Assembly (NCBI GenBank): GCA_963783305.1
Contig: CAWAMW010000017.1
Coordinates: 479,915-543,914 of the forward strand
DNA from: an uncultured Gemmatimonadales bacterium
GTDB lineage: Bacteria > Gemmatimonadota > Gemmatimonadetes > Longimicrobiales > RSA9
Direction: 5' to 3'
Length of the DNA: 64,000 bases
The translations under genes and the position numbers were made by a program. Position 1 is the stretch's first letter. Each line of letters begins with the position of its first letter. Positions 9,812 through 17,932 of the stretch are shown here, in pieces. Below the pieces are notes generated by a model, which saw nothing but the letters and a program-made list of their open reading frames with translations, did not search any database and was not told the origin of the DNA.

Positions 9812-11098
9812 TCAGCCTCTGTCCGGTGCGCCAACGGTAGCGCGCGACCGCGAGCTGGTGGGGGGCGTCGCCCCGGTGCGGAGCCCGGGGCGGAGGTGAG
9901 GACTGCGGGAGTGGCCCAGCTCGATAGGCAGCGCCACACGTACCAGGACGGTCAGGGCGAACAGTCCCATCGCCCAGATCCCGGCCGTCACGGCCAGCTC
10001 GTTCCGGGTCGGGAAGTACTCGACGATCTCGCCCAGGGGAGAGGGAATGAAGCCCGGCACCACCAGCCCCATCCCCTTCTCGATCCAGATGGCCACGAAC
10101 AGCACCAGTGCCGCGGGCATGAGCCAGTGGAAATCGCGCCGGAGCGGGTGGATCGTGAGGATGAGCGTCGCCAGTACGTTCAGCACGATGGCCGTCCACA
10201 CCCACGGCACCAGCGCGTTGTGGCCGTCCAGCCCGAAGAACAGATACTGAGCGTTCAGGCTGTGGTGGGTGGGGAAGTAGAACTTATAGAAGAGCTCCGA
10301 GGCCAGCATGATCAGATTGATCTGGGCGGCCACGGTGGTGATCAGCGCGAGCTTGGAGAACGCGCCGTCGGGGATCTCGTAGCGCGTCTCCATCCGGATG
10401 AATCCGAGCAGTAGAAGCATGAACGCTGGCCCCGCCGTGAACGCCGACGCCAGGAAGCGGGGGCCGAGGAGTGCGGAGTTCCAGAACGGCCGGGCGGGGA
10501 GCCCCGAGAGCAGGAACGCCGTCACCATGTGGATGCTCACGGCCCAGAACACGGAGATGTAGATGAAGGGCACGTACGCTTTCGTCAGCGGCGTACGCCC
10601 CCCGTAGTGGGAGTAGAGGATGTAGAAGGGGATGCCCAGGTTCAGCGCCAGGTAGCCGTTCAGCACCACCACGTCCCAGGCCAGAAGCGAGCGCGGGAAG
10701 TTGAGTCGGCCCACGAACGGGAGCAGGTGCCAGGCGGCGAAGGGGTTGCCGAGGTCGACCACCACGAACGCAAGGCACATGAGCAGGGCGGAGACCGCCA
10801 CTCCCTCGGCGATGAGCACGGCGCGGGAGAAGTCCACGTCCTTGAGCACGTAGGCGGGCAGCACCAGCATCATGGCGGCCGCGGCCACGCCCACCAGGAA
10901 AGTGAAGTTCGAAATGTACAGGCCCCAGCTCACATGGTCGGTCATCCCCGTGGTCTGGAGGCCGTCCCGCAGCTGCACGGAATAGGCGGACGCCCCTGCG
11001 ATCATGATCAGCGTCAGCGCGCCCATCCAGACGTGGTAGCGTCTTGGCCCGGATGTGACGGATCGAAGGGCGTCGTAGAAGAAGTCCTTTAGGTACAT
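9812..11098 (-). CDS. NrfD/PsrC/DsrP-family quinol-interacting membrane subunit
   Basis: WGLYISNFTFLVG, VVDLG, about 10 hydrophobic segments, WIEKG...PGFIP. Confidence 0.9.
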   Translation of the reverse strand: MYLKDFFYDALRSVTSGPRRYHVWMGALTLIMIAGASAYSVQLRDGLQTTGMTDHVSWGLYISNFTFLVGVAAAAMMLVLPAYVLKDVDFSRAVLIAEGVAVSALLMCLAFVVVDLGNPFAAWHLLPFVGRLNFPRSLLAWDVVVLNGYLALNLGIPFYILYSHYGGRTPLTKAYVPFIYISVFWAVSIHMVTAFLLSGLPARPFWNSALLGPRFLASAFTAGPAFMLLLLGFIRMETRYEIPDGAFSKLALITTVAAQINLIMLASELFYKFYFPTHHSLNAQYLFFGLDGHNALVPWVWTAIVLNVLATLILTIHPLRRDFHWLMPAALVLFVAIWIEKGMGLVVPGFIPSPLGEIVEYFPTRNELAVTAGIWAMGLFALTVLVRVALPIELGHSRSPHLRPGLRTGATPPTSSRSRATVGAPDRG

Positions 11099-11104
11099 GA
11101 TCTC

Positions 11105-12229
11105 TCAGTCGGTGAAGTACCAGAACCGGGGCTCGGTGTAGAGGTTCTCCTTGAGCCGGAACACGCGCTTGTTCTCCAGGACCCACCGGATCTCCGAGTT
11201 CGGATCGAGAAGGTTGCCAAAGACCCGGGCGCCCGTGGGGCACGCCTCGGCGCACGCCGGCAGCCGCCCCTCCCGCGACCGCTGGATGCAGAACGTGCAC
11301 TTCTCCACCACGCCCTTCTTCCGCATGCGGTTGCCCAGGTAGTGCTGATTCGGATTCAACTCTTCCACCGGGACTTCCGGAGCGCCCCAGTTGAACCGGC
11401 GGGCCCAGTACGGGCAGGCGCCCATGCAGTACCGGCAGCCGATGCACCAGTCGTAGTCGATCACCGTGATCCCGTCCGGCTCCTGCCACGTGGCCTGGAC
11501 CGGGCAGACGGCCACGCACGGCGGGTTCGCACACTGGAAGCACTGCGTCCCCATGTAGAAGTGCCCCTCCGCCGGGACCTCGTGCTGGTACGTCGCATCC
11601 GCGTGGTCGAAATCGATCACGCCATCCTCCATCTCGAAGATCCGGATGAAGTGGCGGTCGGTGCGGCGGTCGAGATTGTTCTCGTTCACGCACGCCTGCA
11701 CGCAGTTCCGGAACCCCTTGCACTTGGAAATGTTGAACGCGTAGCCGAAGACCACGCCGGGCTGGGCCTCGGTGGTGGAGATGTTCACGTCCACGCCGTA
11801 CCGCAGCCTGGCCAGCCGCTCCAGCCGGAGCACGGTCTCCGCCTTTTCTTCCTCCGTCATCAGCGAGAAGTGGCCCTTGAGGTACTCCTCCCACTCCAAC
11901 ACCTTCGCCTCACGCTCCTCCGCGGTGGCTCCACTCAGCGGCGAGCAGGCCGCCGCCACCTGCGACGCGGCCGCTGTGGCGCCCAGCATCATGCGGAGCG
12001 CGCTCCGGCGATCCAGCGTCTTGTCCAGCACCGTGGAGCCACCCGCCTCCGCGTCCCGGCCGCCACCCCCCGGCGCCCGGTCGCTCCGGGTCGGGACCAG
12101 GGTGGGCGGACCGGACTCCGGCGCCGGCGACAGCCCCGCCAGCCCGCTTTCCGCCAGACTCCGCTCCACCTCGCTTCGGCCCGCATAGCGCAGGACGTCC
12201 TCGAACTCCATATCCCGCGTTCCGCTCAT
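11105..12229 (-). CDS. NrfC/DsrO/PsrB-like iron-sulfur electron-transfer subunit
   Basis: CFQCANPPCVAVCP, CIGCRYCMGACP, KCTFC..PACAEACP; first motif CKGFRNCVQAC; ATGA overlap at 12226-12229. Confidence 0.9.
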   Translation of the reverse strand: MSGTRDMEFEDVLRYAGRSEVERSLAESGLAGLSPAPESGPPTLVPTRSDRAPGGGGRDAEAGGSTVLDKTLDRRSALRMMLGATAAASQVAAACSPLSGATAEEREAKVLEWEEYLKGHFSLMTEEEKAETVLRLERLARLRYGVDVNISTTEAQPGVVFGYAFNISKCKGFRNCVQACVNENNLDRRTDRHFIRIFEMEDGVIDFDHADATYQHEVPAEGHFYMGTQCFQCANPPCVAVCPVQATWQEPDGITVIDYDWCIGCRYCMGACPYWARRFNWGAPEVPVEELNPNQHYLGNRMRKKGVVEKCTFCIQRSREGRLPACAEACPTGARVFGNLLDPNSEIRWVLENKRVFRLKENLYTEPRFWYFTD

Positions 12230-12987
12230 GGGGTGTCTCCTCCGCTCGTGGGGAGCCGGGGGCCCGGGTAGGGATTGCGCGAGGCGATCGCCGGCTGATG
12301 CGGATCGTGGCAGTCGGGGCAGCTCATCACCACTCGTCGGCCACGCCAGCCCTCGAGCCGCTTGCCGTGCGTGCCTGCGGCCCAGTCGTCGGCCTGAGCG
12401 TAGTGGCACTGGGCGCAGAGCCGGTACGCGTGCTCGAGACTGATCCGCTCCCCGCTGGCCAGGACCAGGCTCTGCACGTCGTCCGGGGCGTGGCAGGTGC
12501 TGCAGTGGGTGCCGCTCTCCTCCGGGTGCCTGGGCAGCACATACCGATGGGCGTCCTCGATACGCTCGGCCTGGATCACCGGCCGCCCCGGGCGATGACA
12601 CGAGCCACACGCCTCGCCCGTGGACGGCCGGCCGCGGAGCGAGATGCGAAAGCTCTTCATGCCGAACATTCGTTCGTGGCCCGGTCGGTCAGGTGTGTGG
12701 ACCGCCACCTCGAAGGGCTCGCCCCCAGGTCCCAGTCGCCCCACCACGGGCTCCGATCGCACCACCGCGAGGCCGGGTGGAGACGCCTCCGTCCCGTCGT
12801 CCCCCACCCCATCGACCGGGTCCGATACCTGCCCCGGCGCCCGCTCACCGGCCCATTCCGCCGCCACCCCGTCTCCGGCCGCCGCCGTGTCGCAGCCCAC
12901 GCTCGCCACCAGCAGCAGCGGCAGCAGGACCACTGGCGCCACGGCCACTCCCGTCCGTCCCCACCGCCCCACCTCCTTTCTCCTCAT
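12226..12987 (-). CDS. Tetraheme c-type cytochrome (probable lipoprotein)
   Basis: CGSCH, CSTCH, CAQCH, CPDCH; signal peptide ending SVGC; ATGA overlap at 12984-12987. Confidence 0.85.
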   Translation of the reverse strand: MRRKEVGRWGRTGVAVAPVVLLPLLLVASVGCDTAAAGDGVAAEWAGERAPGQVSDPVDGVGDDGTEASPPGLAVVRSEPVVGRLGPGGEPFEVAVHTPDRPGHERMFGMKSFRISLRGRPSTGEACGSCHRPGRPVIQAERIEDAHRYVLPRHPEESGTHCSTCHAPDDVQSLVLASGERISLEHAYRLCAQCHYAQADDWAAGTHGKRLEGWRGRRVVMSCPDCHDPHQPAIASRNPYPGPRLPTSGGDTP

Positions 12988-13811
12988 CGGTCTCCTCCCG
13001 TCGACGCATCCGAATCGATCCCGGCCCGGCTGAACACGGCCGCCCCGTCGCCCACCTCCACGTGGCACCCCCGACAATTGCTGCGCTCCGGGTGGCCGAT
13101 CCGGATCTCCTCCATGACTCCGATGCCGCCGTGGCACGCGAGGCAGTTCTCCCGCATGTGGATCCGGTGGGGGATGGGCGGAGGCGCTCCCGGCAGCGCC
13201 GGCTCGGGTAGATCGGGCCAGGTCGGCTCCGGCCAATCCACCGGTACGTAGACCGGAGCTTTCCGGTCGAGGGTGTGGCACTGGAAGCAGATCTTCTCCC
13301 CCGCCAGCTCGTCCGGGTAGGGCCGGCCCACCAGCGCATCATCGGGGAGGTGACACTGGAGACAGCCCCCGAGGTCCGGGTGCGGATTCACGGGCGCGTA
13401 CGCGTTGAAGCGGGCCACGAAGCCGCCCCGCCGGTGGCACACGTTGCAGCGTCCGCCCCGGTACTCCTCCAGCGTGAGCCCGTGGGGCACCCTGGGCGGA
13501 CCCCCGGGGAACGCGCGCAGCCGCCGGTACATGGCCGCCGTCCGAGGGTGTGCCCCCCGGCGCGGGTCCGCGTCCGGACGGACGGCGAGCTCACCCGGTC
13601 GGAGGGCGAAGACGCCAGCCTCCCCGGCAATGGGCGTGGCCGGCGCCTCGATGGGGGCCACGGCGGCCTCGTCGGAGACTTCGTGGGCCGGGGCCCCGTC
13701 GGGCGCGATCAGTACTGCGGCGGCCACCATGATGGCGGCCGCGGCACCGATGCCCACCATCCGCCGCGGGAGCTCGCCGTCGTCCGGCTCCCACCCGCCG
13801 GAGTCCCTCAC
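12984..13811 (-). CDS. NapB-like multiheme cytochrome c (5 CxxCH)
   Basis: Two PPxxPH...CxxCH...CxxCH NapB-type units plus a central CFQCH; GTGA overlap at 13808-13811. Confidence 0.8.
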   Translation of the reverse strand: MRDSGGWEPDDGELPRRMVGIGAAAAIMVAAAVLIAPDGAPAHEVSDEAAVAPIEAPATPIAGEAGVFALRPGELAVRPDADPRRGAHPRTAAMYRRLRAFPGGPPRVPHGLTLEEYRGGRCNVCHRRGGFVARFNAYAPVNPHPDLGGCLQCHLPDDALVGRPYPDELAGEKICFQCHTLDRKAPVYVPVDWPEPTWPDLPEPALPGAPPPIPHRIHMRENCLACHGGIGVMEEIRIGHPERSNCRGCHVEVGDGAAVFSRAGIDSDASTGGDR

Positions 13812-16141
13812 GACGCGGCTCCGACCCGCTCGACCCGCACCGCGCAGCTGTAGTCCGGCTGCCCGGAGAGGGGGCAGTGGCTGTCGAGAGTCAGGCGGTG
13901 GATCGGGACGCCCTCGTCGAAGTCCGGCACGAACACCTGGCCGCGCGCGGGTTGCGCACGGTGGTCGATCCGGGCCTCCATCACCAGCGCCCCGCGCCGG
14001 CTGGTCAGTCGGATCCGGTCGCCGGTCCGGATTCCCAGCTCCAGCGCGTCGTCGGCGTTCACTTCCGCGTACGCCCGCGGCACGGCCCGATGGAGGTTCG
14101 GCACGCGACGGGTCAGCGTGCCCGTGCCCGTATGCTCCAGAACGGCGCCAGTGGCAAGCCGGAACGGGTAACTGGCGTCCGGCGACTCGGAGGGTGGCTC
14201 CCACGGGCGCAGCCAGACGCGGGCTCGCCCGTCGGGGAGACCGTAGAAGTCCACCGCGCCCCGCGCAGGATCGGTGGCGGGGTCGTGGGCCGTGCTGAAG
14301 CGCCACCCGGTCTCCCGGCCGTCGACATACGGCCACAACGCCCCCGGCCGACTCCGCAGGACCCGCAGCGGCGGCAGCCGGTCGGCCGGGGCGTCGCGGA
14401 AACGCGCGTACTCTTCCCAGATGCCCGCCGCATGGCCCGCCCGATCCCACGGGAACAGCTTTTCGTGGCCCAGACGCCGTGCGACCTCGATGAGCTGCCA
14501 CGCGTCACCCATGGCCTCGCCCGGCGCCTCGAGCATCCGCTCGAAGTGCTGGATCCGCCGCTCCCCGCTGCCGAACAGGCCTTCCTGCTCGACCCATAGC
14601 GCCGACGGAAGCACCACATCGGCCAGGTCCGTGGTGGCCGTGGGATAGGCATCCGAGACGACGACGAACCGGTCCTCCCGGGCCAGCGCGCTTCGCTGTC
14701 GGTCCAGGTTCGGCAGGTCCACCATGGGATTGGCCCCCTGGATCCAGAGGAACCGGATATCCCCGTCGTCCAACGCCCTGAACATCGACAGGGCATGGTG
14801 CCCCGGCCGCGCCTGGATGTTGGAGACGGGCACGCCCCAGATCCCCGCCGCCCGCTCGCGGTCCTCCCGGCGCACGACGGTGCCCCGGGGCAGGCCGTGC
14901 GCCGACCCGCCGGCCTCGCGCCCGCTTCCGCACCCGCTCGCCTGCGCCGCGAGCGAGAGTGGGCTGTTGCCCGGCGTCCCCACTTTTCCAACCAGCAGGT
15001 GGATGTTGTAGAGCAGGGTGTTCATCCAGGTCCCGCGGGCGTGCCGGTTCACGCTCGCGCCCCAGGCGGTGGTAACGCGCAGCGCCGGGTCGGCGTAGAC
15101 CGACGCCAGCCATCGGATGTCGGCCGCCGGCAGTCCCGACATCCGGGCCGCCCGCTCCGGCGTGTAGTCCGCCAGGAATCGGACCAGGTCGTCGTAGCCC
15201 ACCTCGGCCCCGGCGTCGGGTGTGAGATCCCGATCGGACCGGCCATAGCCGATCCCCGTCTTCCCCTTCCGGAAGCTCAGGTGCCGCTCCACGAAGTCAC
15301 GGTTCACGTGGCCTCGCGCGACGATCTCGTGGCAGATGGCGTTGGCCACGGCCAATCCGCCGTCGGGGGCGAAGAGGAGACCGCGGTCCGCCGCGTAGCT
15401 GGTGCGGGTGGTCCGGGTGCCCACGTCCACAATGCGGCTGCGGGGCTCCTTGTGCCGGTGCTCCAGCACCCGGGAGAACAGCACCGGGTATTCCTCGGCC
15501 ATGTTCGTGTCCCAGAGAACGATCACGTCGGCCTGGTCCAGGTCGTCGTAGCAGCCGATGGGCGCGTCGAGGCCGAAGCTCGCGGTCAGCCCGGCAGCCG
15601 CGCTCCCCGAGGACAGTCGAGCACTCGTATCTACGTTGTTCGTTCCCAGGACGCCCTTGAACAGTTTCGTGGCCACGTACGCCGCGGGAATCGTCCACTG
15701 GCCCGAGCCATAGATGGCCACGCTGTCCTTGCCGTGCCGCGACACCGTCTCGCGCAGTGTCTGCGCAACCAGGTCCAGCGCTTCCCCCATGGGAACCTCC
15801 ACCAGCTTGCCGCCGCGCCGGACCCGGGCGGTGCGCAGGCGGTCCCGGGCGTACAACGCCTGCACGGAGTGGTACCCCTTCGCGCACGCCAGGCCACGGC
15901 TCGCCCGGGACGCGGGATCCCCCCGCACCGCCGCGGCCCGGCCGGCGTCGATCCCCAGGATGAGACCGCAGCCCACGCCGCAGAGGGCGCACGGCGCCTT
16001 CTCCCAGTTCAGGCCCAGTACCCCCAGCGAACGGCCGAGCCCGGCCCCCACCGCCGTCCCCGGCACGAGCGAGGCGGCCGCCATCCCCGCTGATGCCGAG
16101 GCCACCTGCTTCACGAAGGTCCTGCGGTCCGGTCCGCTCAT
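13808..16141 (-). CDS. NapA-like molybdopterin oxidoreductase family subunit, divergent active site
   Basis: Tat signal RRTFVK; KAPCALCGVGC...CAKG 4Fe-4S motif; GSGQWT, GCYDD, NMAE, WVEQEG..ERR colinear with NapA; ARLSSGSA where NapA has ARHCMASA. Confidence 0.85.
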   Translation of the reverse strand: MSGPDRRTFVKQVASASAGMAAASLVPGTAVGAGLGRSLGVLGLNWEKAPCALCGVGCGLILGIDAGRAAAVRGDPASRASRGLACAKGYHSVQALYARDRLRTARVRRGGKLVEVPMGEALDLVAQTLRETVSRHGKDSVAIYGSGQWTIPAAYVATKLFKGVLGTNNVDTSARLSSGSAAAGLTASFGLDAPIGCYDDLDQADVIVLWDTNMAEEYPVLFSRVLEHRHKEPRSRIVDVGTRTTRTSYAADRGLLFAPDGGLAVANAICHEIVARGHVNRDFVERHLSFRKGKTGIGYGRSDRDLTPDAGAEVGYDDLVRFLADYTPERAARMSGLPAADIRWLASVYADPALRVTTAWGASVNRHARGTWMNTLLYNIHLLVGKVGTPGNSPLSLAAQASGCGSGREAGGSAHGLPRGTVVRREDRERAAGIWGVPVSNIQARPGHHALSMFRALDDGDIRFLWIQGANPMVDLPNLDRQRSALAREDRFVVVSDAYPTATTDLADVVLPSALWVEQEGLFGSGERRIQHFERMLEAPGEAMGDAWQLIEVARRLGHEKLFPWDRAGHAAGIWEEYARFRDAPADRLPPLRVLRSRPGALWPYVDGRETGWRFSTAHDPATDPARGAVDFYGLPDGRARVWLRPWEPPSESPDASYPFRLATGAVLEHTGTGTLTRRVPNLHRAVPRAYAEVNADDALELGIRTGDRIRLTSRRGALVMEARIDHRAQPARGQVFVPDFDEGVPIHRLTLDSHCPLSGQPDYSCAVRVERVGAAS

Positions 16142-16845
16142 GACGTCTCCCTACCGCTGGTCCGGGGCAGGACGTGACAGGCCGCACAGGGGCGACCCGG
16201 CTTGTGCTCCCTCTTCTCCTGGTGGCAGAGAAGGCACGCAGGGCGCGCCCGCTCGATACCGACGGTCGTGGCCGCGTCGTGGCAGCCGCCGCCCGCGCAC
16301 GATTCGTGGACCGCCAGCCCGTGGGGTGCGGGGTCCGGGGTGGGGTGGCACCCCGCGCAGTCGGCGTCCGCCCTGTGGTGGTTGACGTGGCACTCGGCGC
16401 AGGACCGCGGGGGCCGGCTCATCCCACCCCCATGACAGTCGAGGCAGGCCACTCCCTGGTGGCGGCCATGCTCGAACGACAGCTCCCGCTCCCGAACACC
16501 ATCCCAGACGGAGAGGGCGAGCGGGACAGCGCGCGTGCGCGGCGCCGTCAGGTCTGCCGGATCGTGGCAGGCAAGGCACCCTGCCGGGGGCTCGTTCCGA
16601 TGGTGGCACGCAGCGCAGTCCGCCGCGGTCCAGCTCATCCGCGACCGGTGCCGCTCGTCCCGGCTGTGGCAGATCTCGCAGTCGACCCGCCGGTGACGCG
16701 CGTGCTCAAACGCGCGCCGCCCCTCGACGGCGCTGACCCCACCCCCCGGGACCGGGCCCTGGGCGCGCAGCGGTGCGGGAACAGGCAGGGCCACCACCAC
16801 GCACAGCGCCAGGACCACCCTCGCGATCCACCCGGAGCGCGCCAT
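16138..16845 (-). CDS. Periplasmic multiheme cytochrome c (8 CxxCH + 1 CX4CH), cytochrome c3/c7-like
   Basis: Signal peptide; FEHxxH repeats; heme motifs counted in the translation; start could be GTG 16881. Confidence 0.85.
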   Translation of the reverse strand: MARSGWIARVVLALCVVVALPVPAPLRAQGPVPGGGVSAVEGRRAFEHARHRRVDCEICHSRDERHRSRMSWTAADCAACHHRNEPPAGCLACHDPADLTAPRTRAVPLALSVWDGVRERELSFEHGRHQGVACLDCHGGGMSRPPRSCAECHVNHHRADADCAGCHPTPDPAPHGLAVHESCAGGGCHDAATTVGIERARPACLLCHQEKREHKPGRPCAACHVLPRTSGRETS

Positions 16846-16917
16846 GGCTACCGCCCCGACTCCCCGACGCCGCCGGGGCACCCAGACTCGCGCCCGAAGG
16901 TCATGCGACGCAGCCGG

Positions 16918-17658
16918 TCACGACCGCCCATGGGTGGCCTTCGGACGAACCTCCGTCGACGGATGACGCCGGTGCCACGCCCGAAGCGTCAGGAGCCCGA
17001 GCACCCCGACGGGCCCTGCAATCCAGACGGTCGCCCCCAGCGCCATGGCCGCCGCCGCCGTGGCGGTGGGCCGGACGCTCGTCCCCCAGATCTCCGGACG
17101 AGTAAACAGGAACGCCGGGGTAAGGACCAGGAGCGCCAGACCCAGCACGAGACCCAGGGCGCGGGCGTCGGGCCAGCGCCGGAACAGGTTGCGAGCGGCC
17201 TCCACGGTCTCCTCGATCGCCCACCACAGGATGAGGGCGGCGGCCAACCAGCCCACCACCGTGACCGCCACCGCCGCCACCCGGCCGCTCATGGCCGAAA
17301 CCGCCGACAGGGTGATCATCATCGCCACGATCCACCCCACCACTACCGCAGGGATGTCGTAGAGTAGCGACAGCGCCAGCCGCCGGAGCGCCCGCTGACG
17401 GGACACGTCGGGGGGACGCCCCAGGTAGGCCAGCAGGGACCCGTGCACGAATCCCACGAGCGAACCGGCGATGAAGAAGACAGAGGTCGTGATGAAACTC
17501 ACACTGGAGCTGAGGCTGCCGGCCGCCACGTGCGCCGTCACCACCAGCGACGCCACCAGGCCGCCGGCGACGCCCCAGGACGTCGCCACCTGCCCCACCA
17601 GCCCCAGCTGTCGAGTAAGGAATCCTGATCCGGTCGGTCCGTCAGCACTGAAGGCCAT
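16918..17658 (-). CDS. Uncharacterised multi-pass membrane protein, first gene of the redox operon
   Basis: About 6 hydrophobic segments; GGAGG RBS upstream; similar to 36041-36538. Confidence 0.75.
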   Translation of the reverse strand: MAFSADGPTGSGFLTRQLGLVGQVATSWGVAGGLVASLVVTAHVAAGSLSSSVSFITTSVFFIAGSLVGFVHGSLLAYLGRPPDVSRQRALRRLALSLLYDIPAVVVGWIVAMMITLSAVSAMSGRVAAVAVTVVGWLAAALILWWAIEETVEAARNLFRRWPDARALGLVLGLALLVLTPAFLFTRPEIWGTSVRPTATAAAAMALGATVWIAGPVGVLGLLTLRAWHRRHPSTEVRPKATHGRS

Positions 17659-17932
17659 GGACCACCTCCCGATCCTCGGGAGCGCCTGCCCCGATCCGTT
17701 TCCGGACGGGGCGCTTCATCTATCGATCAGGTCGAACGTGAAGAGGATGGGGTCGGATGGGCCGGCGACGGGTTCATCGTGCGGGGGGGACCGCGCCAAC
17801 CTGTATGAAAGATGGGGGACCCGCTGGCGGCCCCTCAATCGGGAAAACCGTTGAAATCCCGGTAGGGAGGCGGCCGATACACCTGTAGGGAAAACTCCCT
17901 CACCGATTCAGGGGGAGCGGCGGAAAATCTCC

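Noticed and set aside
15608..15616. Selenocysteine at the NapA-like active site
   Set aside because: The codon is TCC (Ser); the ORF has no in-frame TGA.
17711..17730. FNR box upstream of the redox operon
   Set aside because: TTCAT-N6-ATCAG has the wrong spacing and mismatches against TTGAT-N4-ATCAA.
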